Made by a program: the position numbers and the translations under genes. Positions 24,849-32,000 of a stretch of 32,000 bases of DNA are shown here, in pieces. The notes beneath the pieces were generated by a model. That model did not search any database, was not told where the DNA came from, and worked only from the letters and a program-made list of their open reading frames with translations. This DNA is from Nostoc sp. PCC 7120 = FACHB-418 (GTDB lineage: Bacteria; Cyanobacteriota; Cyanobacteriia; Cyanobacteriales; Nostocaceae), in the NCBI RefSeq assembly GCF_000009705.1, contig NC_003272.1, forward strand, positions 630,001 to 662,000, given 5' to 3'. Every line of letters starts with the position of its first letter. Position 1 is the first letter of the stretch.

Positions 24849-27062
24849 ACTCATGTATATTTCCCACATTTGGGTGTAAGCTTTCTCCATTTCACGGGTG
24901 AATTGCTTACCATTCCATAGCGGTGATGTTTTTCTTGATTGTTTCAACTTCCACGCTATTTGTTGTCTTAAGGCTTCATCTTTACCTAAACGCACACCCC
25001 ACTCTACATATTCTTCATCAGTCCAAGCAATACCTTCTGTGATTCCAGCATTCATCATCATGGTGTAGCTGTTACGTGCTGCAAATTGTTCACCTACTTT
25101 CGTCACCATAGGGATACACATCCACAATGTTTCTAAGGTAGTAGTAGCGCCATTATAGGGATAGGTATCTAACACTATATCGGCAATGCCTAAATTAGCG
25201 CGGTGAACTGATTCGGTCGCCACTATTGGAAGAAAACGTAATCTTGAGTAATCTACACCTTCTTCTTCTGCTAATTCTTCAAAAAAGTTTTTGATAGATT
25301 CTTCGTCAGATATGCCTTTAATGAGAAAATAGCTATTAGGGACTTCTTTAATAATTTGCAATTGAAGTCTAGTTATATCTGGATGTCGCTTAAAGCCTCT
25401 CTGTCCACAGAAATAAACTACTGCATCATCAGGAATATCTAATTGATCACGACGAACTGTAGGAACACCAACTTCAAAACCATCTACACCTATATAGGTT
25501 TGAGGTAAACGCCAAATTCTTTCAGTGTAGTATTCCTGGGCTGATTCTGGTAAAACGTAGGGGTCAGCAATAAAATAATCAATTGATGGACTTCCTGAAG
25601 CATCCCAACCCAACCAAGTAATTTGAATCGGTGCTGGTTTTAAGGCTATGATGTCGCAGGTAGTATCTAAAGTAATACTATCCAAATCGATTAAGATATC
25701 GATTTCATCATTGTAGATTTCTTCAGCAATTTGTAAATACTCATTTGATTTGTAAGTTTTGTCAACTTTGATAAGATACCATTCATGTAAAGCATCTAAG
25801 GCTGGATTAGTATTTAAAAAATAAGCATTAAGTTGAAATTTATCTCGGTCATGATGTTGCACTAACCATCTTGCTAACCAGCCTACAGAATGACTCCTCA
25901 TACAATGTGATACGTATCCTATTGTGAGTTTTTTATTAATTTGCTTTTGTTTTTTTCTTACCAGATGACCATGAGAGTATTTTTCTATTATTTCTCTATC
26001 CAAATGAGATATATTGTTTTGACAAATTTGTAACAATTGATTTTGGATTTTTCTATTTTTACTGGGATTATCTTCAATATAAAAAGCAAAATAATTAGCA
26101 TTAAATAATCTAGATATTCTAGCAGCATTAAGATTTGTAGGATTATCTTCTATGAGAGATTTTATTAATAATTCTTGTTTATCATTGACAGAGCAAGATT
26201 CTTCCCAATATCCCCCTGCGGTAATTAATCCCCTCAGAATTTGGCGATTGGCAAAAACTTTGTCAACTAAATCGTGTACTAAAGAAAAGAATAATTCAGC
26301 AGTTTCTATACCTTTTTTATATTGACCAGCATTTTGATAAAGGCTAGACAGATGACCCATGACTTCTGTATTTTTAGGGCTAATTTTTAAATAAAGTTCA
26401 CATAAATTTATTGCTATATCAAATTGTCTTTGAGAATAACCAAGCTCTAAAGCTGTTGGTAATAGAGTAACTAATAAAGCTTGGTTATTATCTTTACAAT
26501 ATGGCAAACAGATTTCAACAAACTCCAGGGTTGATGGGTGTGTAGGTGCATAATATAAAACAAGCTTGAGAGTTTCTAGTAAAAATTCTAAATTGACATC
26601 TACTATGGGTTCAGATTGGAGAAGTTTAATTATCCCTAATTCCTGTAAATTTTCACCTGTGTATATCTCTAACTTGATAGCTAGTTGTAATAAATGTAAT
26701 AAGTTGTGAATATCTTGAGGAGAAAATTCTTTAATACTTTGGCGAATTTTTTCAGCAATTGAATATTCCTCTAGTTCTTCTCGACGTTCAGCTTCTGTTT
26801 GTAGAATGTTGACTAATTCACTATTCCAAACTTCAATTTCTTCTGTTTCACCTTCCATCATGGCCATAAACCAAGTGGTTTGGGCTTCTACATCTTGTCC
26901 TTGCAACAACAGCATTAAGCCCAAATACCAATAGTAGGATTTAATTTCAGGTTCTATGGAGATTGCTTCTTCATAGAGATTAGCCGCCTGGTAATAGTTA
27001 TTTGCGAGGAAACATTTTTCAGCACGATGATGCCATTCGTTGGGAGTAGTTAAAGAGAGCAT
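24843..27062 (-). CDS. TPR / GT41 O-GlcNAc-transferase-like protein (SPINDLY family; OgtA-like, immediately downstream of pilA)
   Basis: 739-aa ORF. N-terminal TPR-like repeats include AEKCFLANNYYQAANLYEEAISIEPE and SSLYQNAGQYKKGIETAELF. The C-terminal GT41 pattern is KKLTIGYVSHCMRSHSVGWL, APIQITWLGWDASGSPSIDYFIADPYVLP, VVYFCGQRGFKRHPD and LDTYPYNGATTTLETLWMCIPMVT. Confidence 0.85.
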   Translation of the reverse strand: MLSLTTPNEWHHRAEKCFLANNYYQAANLYEEAISIEPEIKSYYWYLGLMLLLQGQDVEAQTTWFMAMMEGETEEIEVWNSELVNILQTEAERREELEEYSIAEKIRQSIKEFSPQDIHNLLHLLQLAIKLEIYTGENLQELGIIKLLQSEPIVDVNLEFLLETLKLVLYYAPTHPSTLEFVEICLPYCKDNNQALLVTLLPTALELGYSQRQFDIAINLCELYLKISPKNTEVMGHLSSLYQNAGQYKKGIETAELFFSLVHDLVDKVFANRQILRGLITAGGYWEESCSVNDKQELLIKSLIEDNPTNLNAARISRLFNANYFAFYIEDNPSKNRKIQNQLLQICQNNISHLDREIIEKYSHGHLVRKKQKQINKKLTIGYVSHCMRSHSVGWLARWLVQHHDRDKFQLNAYFLNTNPALDALHEWYLIKVDKTYKSNEYLQIAEEIYNDEIDILIDLDSITLDTTCDIIALKPAPIQITWLGWDASGSPSIDYFIADPYVLPESAQEYYTERIWRLPQTYIGVDGFEVGVPTVRRDQLDIPDDAVVYFCGQRGFKRHPDITRLQLQIIKEVPNSYFLIKGISDEESIKNFFEELAEEEGVDYSRLRFLPIVATESVHRANLGIADIVLDTYPYNGATTTLETLWMCIPMVTKVGEQFAARNSYTMMMNAGITEGIAWTDEEYVEWGVRLGKDEALRQQIAWKLKQSRKTSPLWNGKQFTREMEKAYTQMWEIYMSS

Positions 27063-27127
27063 AGCGATAATGAATTTTAGAAAATGGTGGAATTTCTATC
27101 AGATAAGCAATATCACAGTGAGCAAAT

Positions 27128-27164
27128 TGCAAAAATTGGGTAATGTATAAAAACACTACCCAAT
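27128..27164 (-). terminator. Candidate intrinsic terminator between pilA and the GT41 gene
   Basis: On the minus strand the sequence reads AUUGGGUA-(14 nt loop)-UACCCAAU followed by UUUUG. The 8-bp stem arms are at 27157-27164 and 27135-27142. It begins 60 nt after the pilA stop. Confidence 0.45.
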
Positions 27165-27223
27165 CAAACAAATCTTTTATGTGACGCTGCTGAAAAAGCC
27201 AACAGGAAAACTCTTTTATTCTT

Positions 27224-27760
27224 CTATCTAGATAAAGAGACGTAAGTAGTAGCACATCCAGTACTAAATGTAGTAATGGCATCTACGCCCTGAGAAGGTG
27301 CTGCTGACTCACAAGCTATTGCTACTGTGAGTGCCTCAGAAGTGGCACTACTTCCGAGTTGTGTACCTACTAACCCATAGTAAGATTTCAGCGCTGGTTT
27401 AATAGCTACTCCTCTAAATTGAGCAGCATTAGGCGCACTACCGTTAACCTGAATATCGTAGCTGTAGTTCTCAGATGGTGTTCTAATCCCTACTTGCAAT
27501 TCAGAAAGGTCAGTAGCGAATCTTTGATATTCCAAGAAGAAAGCTTGTTGAGAGCGGTTAGCTGTACCTACGTAGTTTCTCGCTTCTGATTGTTTGGCTT
27601 TGTTGACCTGACCAAGTAGCGAAGGTAACGCGATCGCAGCAAGTACACCGATGATAATTACTACAACTAGCAATTCAATTAAGGTAAAACCTTCTTCTTC
27701 TCTGTTCTTACGGTTGCTGAGGTGGCTGAGGAATTTAGCTTGCAATTCTGGCTTAAGCAT
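27224..27760 (-). CDS. pilA: Type IVa pilin (PilA-like major pilin)
   Basis: The ORF is open from 27847, but ATG 27760 is preceded by an AGGAGA Shine-Dalgarno sequence. The leader is MLKPELQAKFLSHLSNRKNREEEG with a cleavage/methylation site G|FTLIELLVVVIIIGVLAAIALPS (Glu at +5). A C-terminal Cys pair (IACES...STGCAT) forms the disulfide loop. Confidence 0.9.
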   Translation of the reverse strand: MLKPELQAKFLSHLSNRKNREEEGFTLIELLVVVIIIGVLAAIALPSLLGQVNKAKQSEARNYVGTANRSQQAFFLEYQRFATDLSELQVGIRTPSENYSYDIQVNGSAPNAAQFRGVAIKPALKSYYGLVGTQLGSSATSEALTVAIACESAAPSQGVDAITTFSTGCATTYVSLSR

Positions 27761-28122
27761 GGGTTTCTCCTGAAGTTTGGGGTTAGTAGAATGCGACTCG
27801 CTCCGTTCTACAACAAACTTACCCAGTTGTAATTTGTGATCTATCACCCTAGTAAAAAAACTTTCTTACAGAATTACTATTTACGTATATTCACCAGCAA
27901 ACCTAAGATAGTGGATAGAGAAATAGGGCTTATCCCCTGATTTATACTTAATGCTTTAATTCAAGGCTGCTCTAAATTTGTAACGATAAATGACGTAACA
28001 CAGGCGGAAATACTCTTGTGTTGATTCAACGCCATGTACCCTACGATCGCTACAGTATATTACTAGCGGAAACTTAAGCCGTGGGTTAATGTCCTAAAGT
28101 CTGAATATATAGAGATACGAAC

Positions 28123-29316
28123 ATGAGAAAAACGCTGGCTTTGTTTTCCCTGAGTTTAGGAATCACCTTTTTTAACCCACTGCAACTTGCTGTGAGTCAG
28201 GTACCACCCACAGCACCACCTTTAAAACTTGTTGAGATTGGTACTAACTGCACACCAGTGCGTGCTTGCTTGGGTTGGGATGAGCAACTTTTTTCAGGAC
28301 ATGGGGGTTTAAAAAGCGATCGCCAAGGTCTATTAAACTCAATAGATAACAGTTTGCGTTATTTAGAAACCCCAAAAGCAGTTACAGCTTACGATAATTA
28401 CCCAATTAAAGAAATTACCCGCGACAGAGTGCGTCGGAGTTTGCGCCGTTTTCGTCAGTTGGTGGCTACTGCTAAATCTCCAGCACAATTACAAGCGGCT
28501 GTGCGGAGGGAGTTCGCTTTTTACAAGTCTGTTGGTGATGATGGACAGGGTAGAGTGAAGTTTACAGCCTACTACGCGCCAATTTATCAAGCCAGTCGTG
28601 TACGCACGGCACAATATAAGTATCCAATTTATCGAGTACCACCGGATTTTGAGCAATGGACTAAACCCCATCCTAAAAGAGCTGATTTAGAAGGGGTAGA
28701 CGGTTTGTTGGGAGAAAAAAGCCAGCTACGGGGTTTAGAAATGTTTTGGTTGCGCGATCGCTTTCAAGCGTACATGATCCATATCCAAGGTTCTGCTAAA
28801 CTCAACTTAACTGATGGAACTCAAACCAGTGTGGGTTTTGCAGGCGGAACAGATTACCCTTGGACAGCTGTAGGGCGACTGCTGTTTCAAGACGGTAAAT
28901 TATCTAAAGAAGAATTAAATATGCCGGGAATTATTCGCTATTTCCGCAAAAATCCCCAGTCTATGAGTAATTATTTACCACGTTGGGAACGCTTTATTTT
29001 CTTCAAGGAAACTAAAGGTGAACCAGCTACAGGCAGTATCAGCGTACCTCTTGTACCAGAACGTTCCATTGCCACAGATAAATCTCTCATGCCACCAGGA
29101 GCATTGGCTGTAATTAACGCGACATTTCCTTATCCTGGTCAACGTAACCAGTTGATTAACCGCAGAGTCAGCCGTTTTGTCCTTGATCAAGATACAGGTA
29201 GCGCCATTAAAGGCCCAGGCAGAGTAGATTATTTCCTTGGCTATGGTGACTTAGCAGGCGATCGCGCTGGTATTACCGTTACTACTGGCTCTATATATTA
29301 CCTACTACTAAAGTAA
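28123..29316 (+). CDS. MltA-like lytic murein transglycosylase (MltA domain plus 3D domain), secreted
   Basis: 397-aa ORF with signal peptide MRKTLALFSLSLGITFFNPLQLAVSQ. MltA-type blocks are FTAYYAPIYQASR and AYMIHIQGSAKLNLTDG. The 3D-domain block is SIATDKSLMPPGALAVI ... VLDQDTGSAIKGPGRVDYFLG. Confidence 0.85.
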   Translation: MRKTLALFSLSLGITFFNPLQLAVSQVPPTAPPLKLVEIGTNCTPVRACLGWDEQLFSGHGGLKSDRQGLLNSIDNSLRYLETPKAVTAYDNYPIKEITRDRVRRSLRRFRQLVATAKSPAQLQAAVRREFAFYKSVGDDGQGRVKFTAYYAPIYQASRVRTAQYKYPIYRVPPDFEQWTKPHPKRADLEGVDGLLGEKSQLRGLEMFWLRDRFQAYMIHIQGSAKLNLTDGTQTSVGFAGGTDYPWTAVGRLLFQDGKLSKEELNMPGIIRYFRKNPQSMSNYLPRWERFIFFKETKGEPATGSISVPLVPERSIATDKSLMPPGALAVINATFPYPGQRNQLINRRVSRFVLDQDTGSAIKGPGRVDYFLGYGDLAGDRAGITVTTGSIYYLLLK

Positions 29317-29319
29317 TTT

Positions 29320-29361
29320 CTAATTTGTAATTCCTAATTCGTAATTAAGTGTTTAATTACG
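29320..29361. repeat. AT-rich heptamers (TAATTTG TAATTCC TAATTCG TAATTAA) merging into hairpin CGTAATTAA-GTGT-TTAATTACG
   Basis: Read directly. It starts 4 nt after the MltA stop. The hairpin (29340-29361) could act as a weak terminator, but no U-tract follows. Confidence 0.4.
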
Positions 29362-29494
29362 TAGGACTTACCAATGAAAACGAAAGATTAAGGGTTTGAA
29401 CAAGGGTATAGGAAAGGGTATAAATGTTTGAAACCCTTAAACCCCTATACCCTTACACCCGATCTCAACAGACAACCTGGGTGCGTAAGTCCTA
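29362..29494. repeat. Dispersed-repeat element with interleaved inverted repeats
   Basis: The outer 10-bp inverted repeat is TAGGACTTAC (29362-29371) / GTAAGTCCTA (29485-29494). Inner pairs are TTAAGGGTTT (29388-29397) / AAACCCTTAA (29431-29440) and AAGGGTATAGG (29402-29412) / CCTATACCCTT (29444-29454). A direct repeat AAGGGTATA occurs at 29402 and 29414. Confidence 0.55.
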
Positions 29495-29510
29495 TGACGA
29501 ATTACTAGCT

Positions 29511-29951
29511 TTACCTTGCTTGTTGCCGCATATATCTGCCATCTAACCCCTGCTTAATCCAACTGAGGCATTCATACTCAGATTTGAATAATTTGGGTGC
29601 AGCAATATTATTCAATAAGTCTGGTGGGTAATGGTCATAAAAGTATCGATCATTCTCATGAAAGACAATAATCAAATTGTTGCGGTAGATATAGCGAGAT
29701 TGAAAACTATCTTTTTGACTAACAAAATCGGCGTTTTGGTCAATATGCTCTTTAGCTATCTCGATGATATTACTAATGCTATTGCCATATATTTTTGCTG
29801 GATTTTCTGCTTTATGCAGCTTACTCTTTTGCCCAATTTCTGACAAAAGTTTATAGGAATAGATTTCATACCTATCTGCTTTGCCAAAAACAAATGGAAT
29901 GATGAGATATCCTTGATATGAAACTGAATTTTCATAAAGAAGACGACTCAT
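29511..29951 (-). CDS. Hypothetical protein (146 aa)
   Basis: Single long ORF in the region. A GGAGG Shine-Dalgarno sequence (reverse complement of 29958-29962, cctcc) precedes the ATG. I recognise no motif. Confidence 0.55.
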   Translation of the reverse strand: MSRLLYENSVSYQGYLIIPFVFGKADRYEIYSYKLLSEIGQKSKLHKAENPAKIYGNSISNIIEIAKEHIDQNADFVSQKDSFQSRYIYRNNLIIVFHENDRYFYDHYPPDLLNNIAAPKLFKSEYECLSWIKQGLDGRYMRQQAR

Positions 29952-30533
29952 CTGAACCTCCTTTGGTATAACTGCTTAGACAACAAGCACGCAACAAATT
30001 CGCATTAGCAATTAACGCATTTCTACTAGTTAATGCTCGAATTTATGAACACATTACTGGTGTTTTGCAAAGAGGGGTATTACCCCCTATTTTAGCCAAT
30101 AATCTTTAATCAGGTGTCATCAGATAAGGATCACAGAAACTATTATGACTCTTTTTGAAATCGCTCAAAACGGAGCAGGTGACAAAAGTCAAAAAATCAT
30201 GAGTTTCATCAAAGAATTTTGCAAGCATTTAACTGCATTTTCTAGATGATAAATACTAGAAATGGGTGAATAGTGAACCATCATCAATTTGGCTCACTCA
30301 AATCTGGATTATTAATAAATGTTTCAGCAGTTAAACTTTTCAGGAAAACTCACAGATTATTTTCAGTGAATTTCCACCTGTTAATGAATTTGCGTTGCAA
30401 AGGATTTTTGTAGACAAGTCAATCAATTCGCGGTTTTTGGCAGACAACAGGCTGCATAAAGCCAAAATCGTCTACCTATGAACTGAGTGAAGGGAATCGA
30501 ACCCAATAACTCACATCCAAGGGAAACAAAACC

Positions 30534-31172
30534 ATGAGAACGCAAATATTAATGAGCCTAGCCTGTTCTCTTTCTTTTTTAGGTTCACTAACATTACCTG
30601 TTGCAGCACAACTTCCTACCCAGCCAACACAAACAGAGGCAGCTACTCTAGAAGTTAGTATTCCACAAGATACAGCAATTGTCGTTTCTTTTCCCGCACC
30701 CATTACAGTAGATGTAGGGCAAAAAAAGGATTATCCTCTGACTGTATCTTTGGCAAGTGCCATTAAAGATGCTCAAGGTAATACTATAGCGGCGGAAAAT
30801 ACGCCTGTAACCATAGTTCTCAAACCAACAGAGGGCGGTGCCAGAATTGTGGCACAGTCTTTAGTAATCAATGGGCGCATTGTTGCAATCAAAGCATCCA
30901 GTCAAACAATACCTGGTACTACGATTACCCATAAAGGAGCTAATGACGTAGCAGTGGAGAGTGCATCTATTTGGAGTAAGATTGGGGGCAGCACCCTGGG
31001 TTTCTTAAGCAACGGTAATCCTGAGCAATTTGATCGAGGCACAATGTTAGGTGGTGCTATGGGTTTGCTTTCGGGTTTACGTTCCGCAGAAAACACCCGT
31101 GTTGTCCAAATTCCCCAGAGTAGTATTTATGTTTTATCCCTGGAAGCTCCTATCACTTTCTCTTCACGCTAG
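30534..31172 (+). CDS. Secreted hypothetical protein (212 aa)
   Basis: It has a signal peptide MRTQILMSLACSLSFLGSLTLPVAAQ. The mature part is Thr/Ala/Val-rich and beta-strand-like, and it has a Gly-rich segment GGAMGLLSGL near the C-terminus. Confidence 0.65.
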   Translation: MRTQILMSLACSLSFLGSLTLPVAAQLPTQPTQTEAATLEVSIPQDTAIVVSFPAPITVDVGQKKDYPLTVSLASAIKDAQGNTIAAENTPVTIVLKPTEGGARIVAQSLVINGRIVAIKASSQTIPGTTITHKGANDVAVESASIWSKIGGSTLGFLSNGNPEQFDRGTMLGGAMGLLSGLRSAENTRVVQIPQSSIYVLSLEAPITFSSR

Positions 31173-31193
31173 TGTCAGGAGCCAGAGGGAAAG

Positions 31194-31228
31194 TCAACTA
31201 TTGACTAATGACTATTGACTCATCACTA
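31194..31228. repeat. STRR2-like heptamers (TCAACTA TTGACTA ATGACTA TTGACTC ATCACTA) covering the stop and last codons of the CHAD gene
   Basis: Read directly. The minus-strand translation of the array is PSDESIVISQ-stop. Confidence 0.7.
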
Positions 31229-32000
31229 GGGTGGAGTATTGTTAAATGAAAGTTATGCCTATTTTCGGCTTTGAGGTACTGCTCTTGTAAAGGTTGCCAC
31301 TGTTGCCACCACTGGTAGCGATTTTCTGCTAGTAGATTAGCAAGTGTTGGTAATTGATTGTGGATATCTGACTTGAATACATCTACCAGCCACTCACCCA
31401 TGACTACACTGTCTTGAATGTTACCTAAAATATCTTGGATACTTTTGACCTTTGTAATGTAGGCGGCATAAGAATCACCATATAACTCAGTAAATAATTC
31501 CATTTGATAGCGCAGGCGTTTGGCTTGTTTTCTTAAGCTATGAATTGTTTCGCCTTTTGTGGTCAGTTGTTGTTCTATCTTGTCGGCTGGCCAATCAGTG
31601 ATAATTTTAACTTCACAATCTACAATATCGGTTCCTACTAACAACCCAGGATGCAGCAAGAAACTGCTTACTTCAGGTAACAATAAATCTGGTAATACTT
31701 GCTTTATTGGTAGAGAGGCTAATGGTTGATAACTAGGTTTTTCTAACCATTCCTCTAATGAATGTTTTAAGGACTTATAAGACTCATCTTTCAATGTTTC
31801 TTGGGTTTTATCAAGTACACTTACTCGTTGTTTAGTTAAAGCATCAAAAGCTTTTTGCAAAGTTTTTTGCTCTTTTTCTGGTAAATGTGGTTGATAAAGG
31901 GTTTCTAAGGTTTGTTTTAATACGTCTAAGTCTCTGAGATTACCCAGCTTACGGGCAATTTTACCAATATTTTTATCACTGGCGGGCTTTGATAAATTTA
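31198..32000 (-). CDS. CHAD domain-containing protein, 5' end outside the window
   Basis: The ORF track starts at TTG 31860, but the frame stays open to base 32000 (…NLSKPASDKNIGKIARKLGNLRDLDVLKQTLETLYQPHLPEKEQKTLQKAF…). CHAD-type blocks are LGNLRDLDVL and IHSLRKQAKRLRYQMELF. Confidence 0.8.
   Translation of the reverse strand, partial: NLSKPASDKNIGKIARKLGNLRDLDVLKQTLETLYQPHLPEKEQKTLQKAFDALTKQRVSVLDKTQETLKDESYKSLKHSLEEWLEKPSYQPLASLPIKQVLPDLLLPEVSSFLLHPGLLVGTDIVDCEVKIITDWPADKIEQQLTTKGETIHSLRKQAKRLRYQMELFTELYGDSYAAYITKVKSIQDILGNIQDSVVMGEWLVDVFKSDIHNQLPTLANLLAENRYQWWQQWQPLQEQYLKAENRHNFHLTILHPSDESIVISQ

Noticed and set aside
27019-27282. 87-aa minus-strand ORF bridging pilA and the GT41 gene
   Set aside because: It overlaps the ends of both supported genes out of frame and spans the terminator hairpin. 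Its sequence is not protein-like.
27761-27847. Longer pilA start at 27847
   Set aside because: The extra 29 residues precede an already complete prepilin leader, and ATG 27760 has a strong AGGAGA ribosome-binding site.
30440-30560. Complete tRNA gene on the minus strand
   Set aside because: Only the T-arm-like 13-mer is present. The T-stem would have two T-T mismatches, and no 5' acceptor strand (CTGAGTG), D-arm or anticodon arm can be placed.
28489-31096. Short ORFs 28489..28671, 28975..29190, 29631..29843, 30476..30703 and 30902..31096
   Set aside because: They lie antisense to, or overlap, supported genes (MltA-like, the 146-aa ORF, the secreted 212-aa ORF) and have no motifs.

Overview
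The window looks like chromosomal DNA from a filamentous, probably heterocyst-forming cyanobacterium (Nostocales-like). The basis is frequent HIP1 octamers (GCGATCGC), STRR-type heptamer arrays, small dispersed hairpin repeats, an xisI relic, a Uma2 nuclease and a cyanobacterial-type PilA. All calls rest on motifs read by eye; no searches were run.

Bases 1-16.3 kb hold housekeeping and signalling genes:
- putA (5' partial) and a GNAT acetyltransferase
- a GAF-PAS histidine kinase and a second PAS histidine kinase
- a signal-less BtuF-like binding protein convergent with an emfourin-like small protein
- an RsuA/RluE-type pseudouridine synthase
- a zinc-ribbon/pseudokinase/PP2C phosphatase followed by an FHA/zinc-ribbon Ser/Thr kinase
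- a four-helix-bundle (Avd/23S-IVS family) gene
- an apparently intact IS630-family element with TA duplication and an A10 frameshift site
- a small membrane-anchored TPR protein

Bases 16.4-27.1 kb form a visibly AT-rich block in which I find no HIP1 site:
- an operon of hexapeptide acetyltransferase, DegT-type aminotransferase, a GT2/unknown-module/methyltransferase fusion and a 1013-aa GT2/GT41/unknown-module fusion
- a Uma2 nuclease, a nonsense-disrupted xisI and hairpin repeats
- on the other strand, pilA followed by a TPR-GT41 (OgtA-like) gene

The right end carries an MltA-like lytic transglycosylase, two hypothetical proteins and a partial CHAD-domain gene.

Best candidates for something new:
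1. The AT-rich glycosylation block facing pilA, with two GT41 paralogues and a shared roughly 110-aa 'FPDW' module of unknown function.
2. The pseudokinase-PP2C / FHA-kinase pair.
3. The way inverted STRR1 heptamer arrays precisely bracket the kinase and four-helix-bundle genes.
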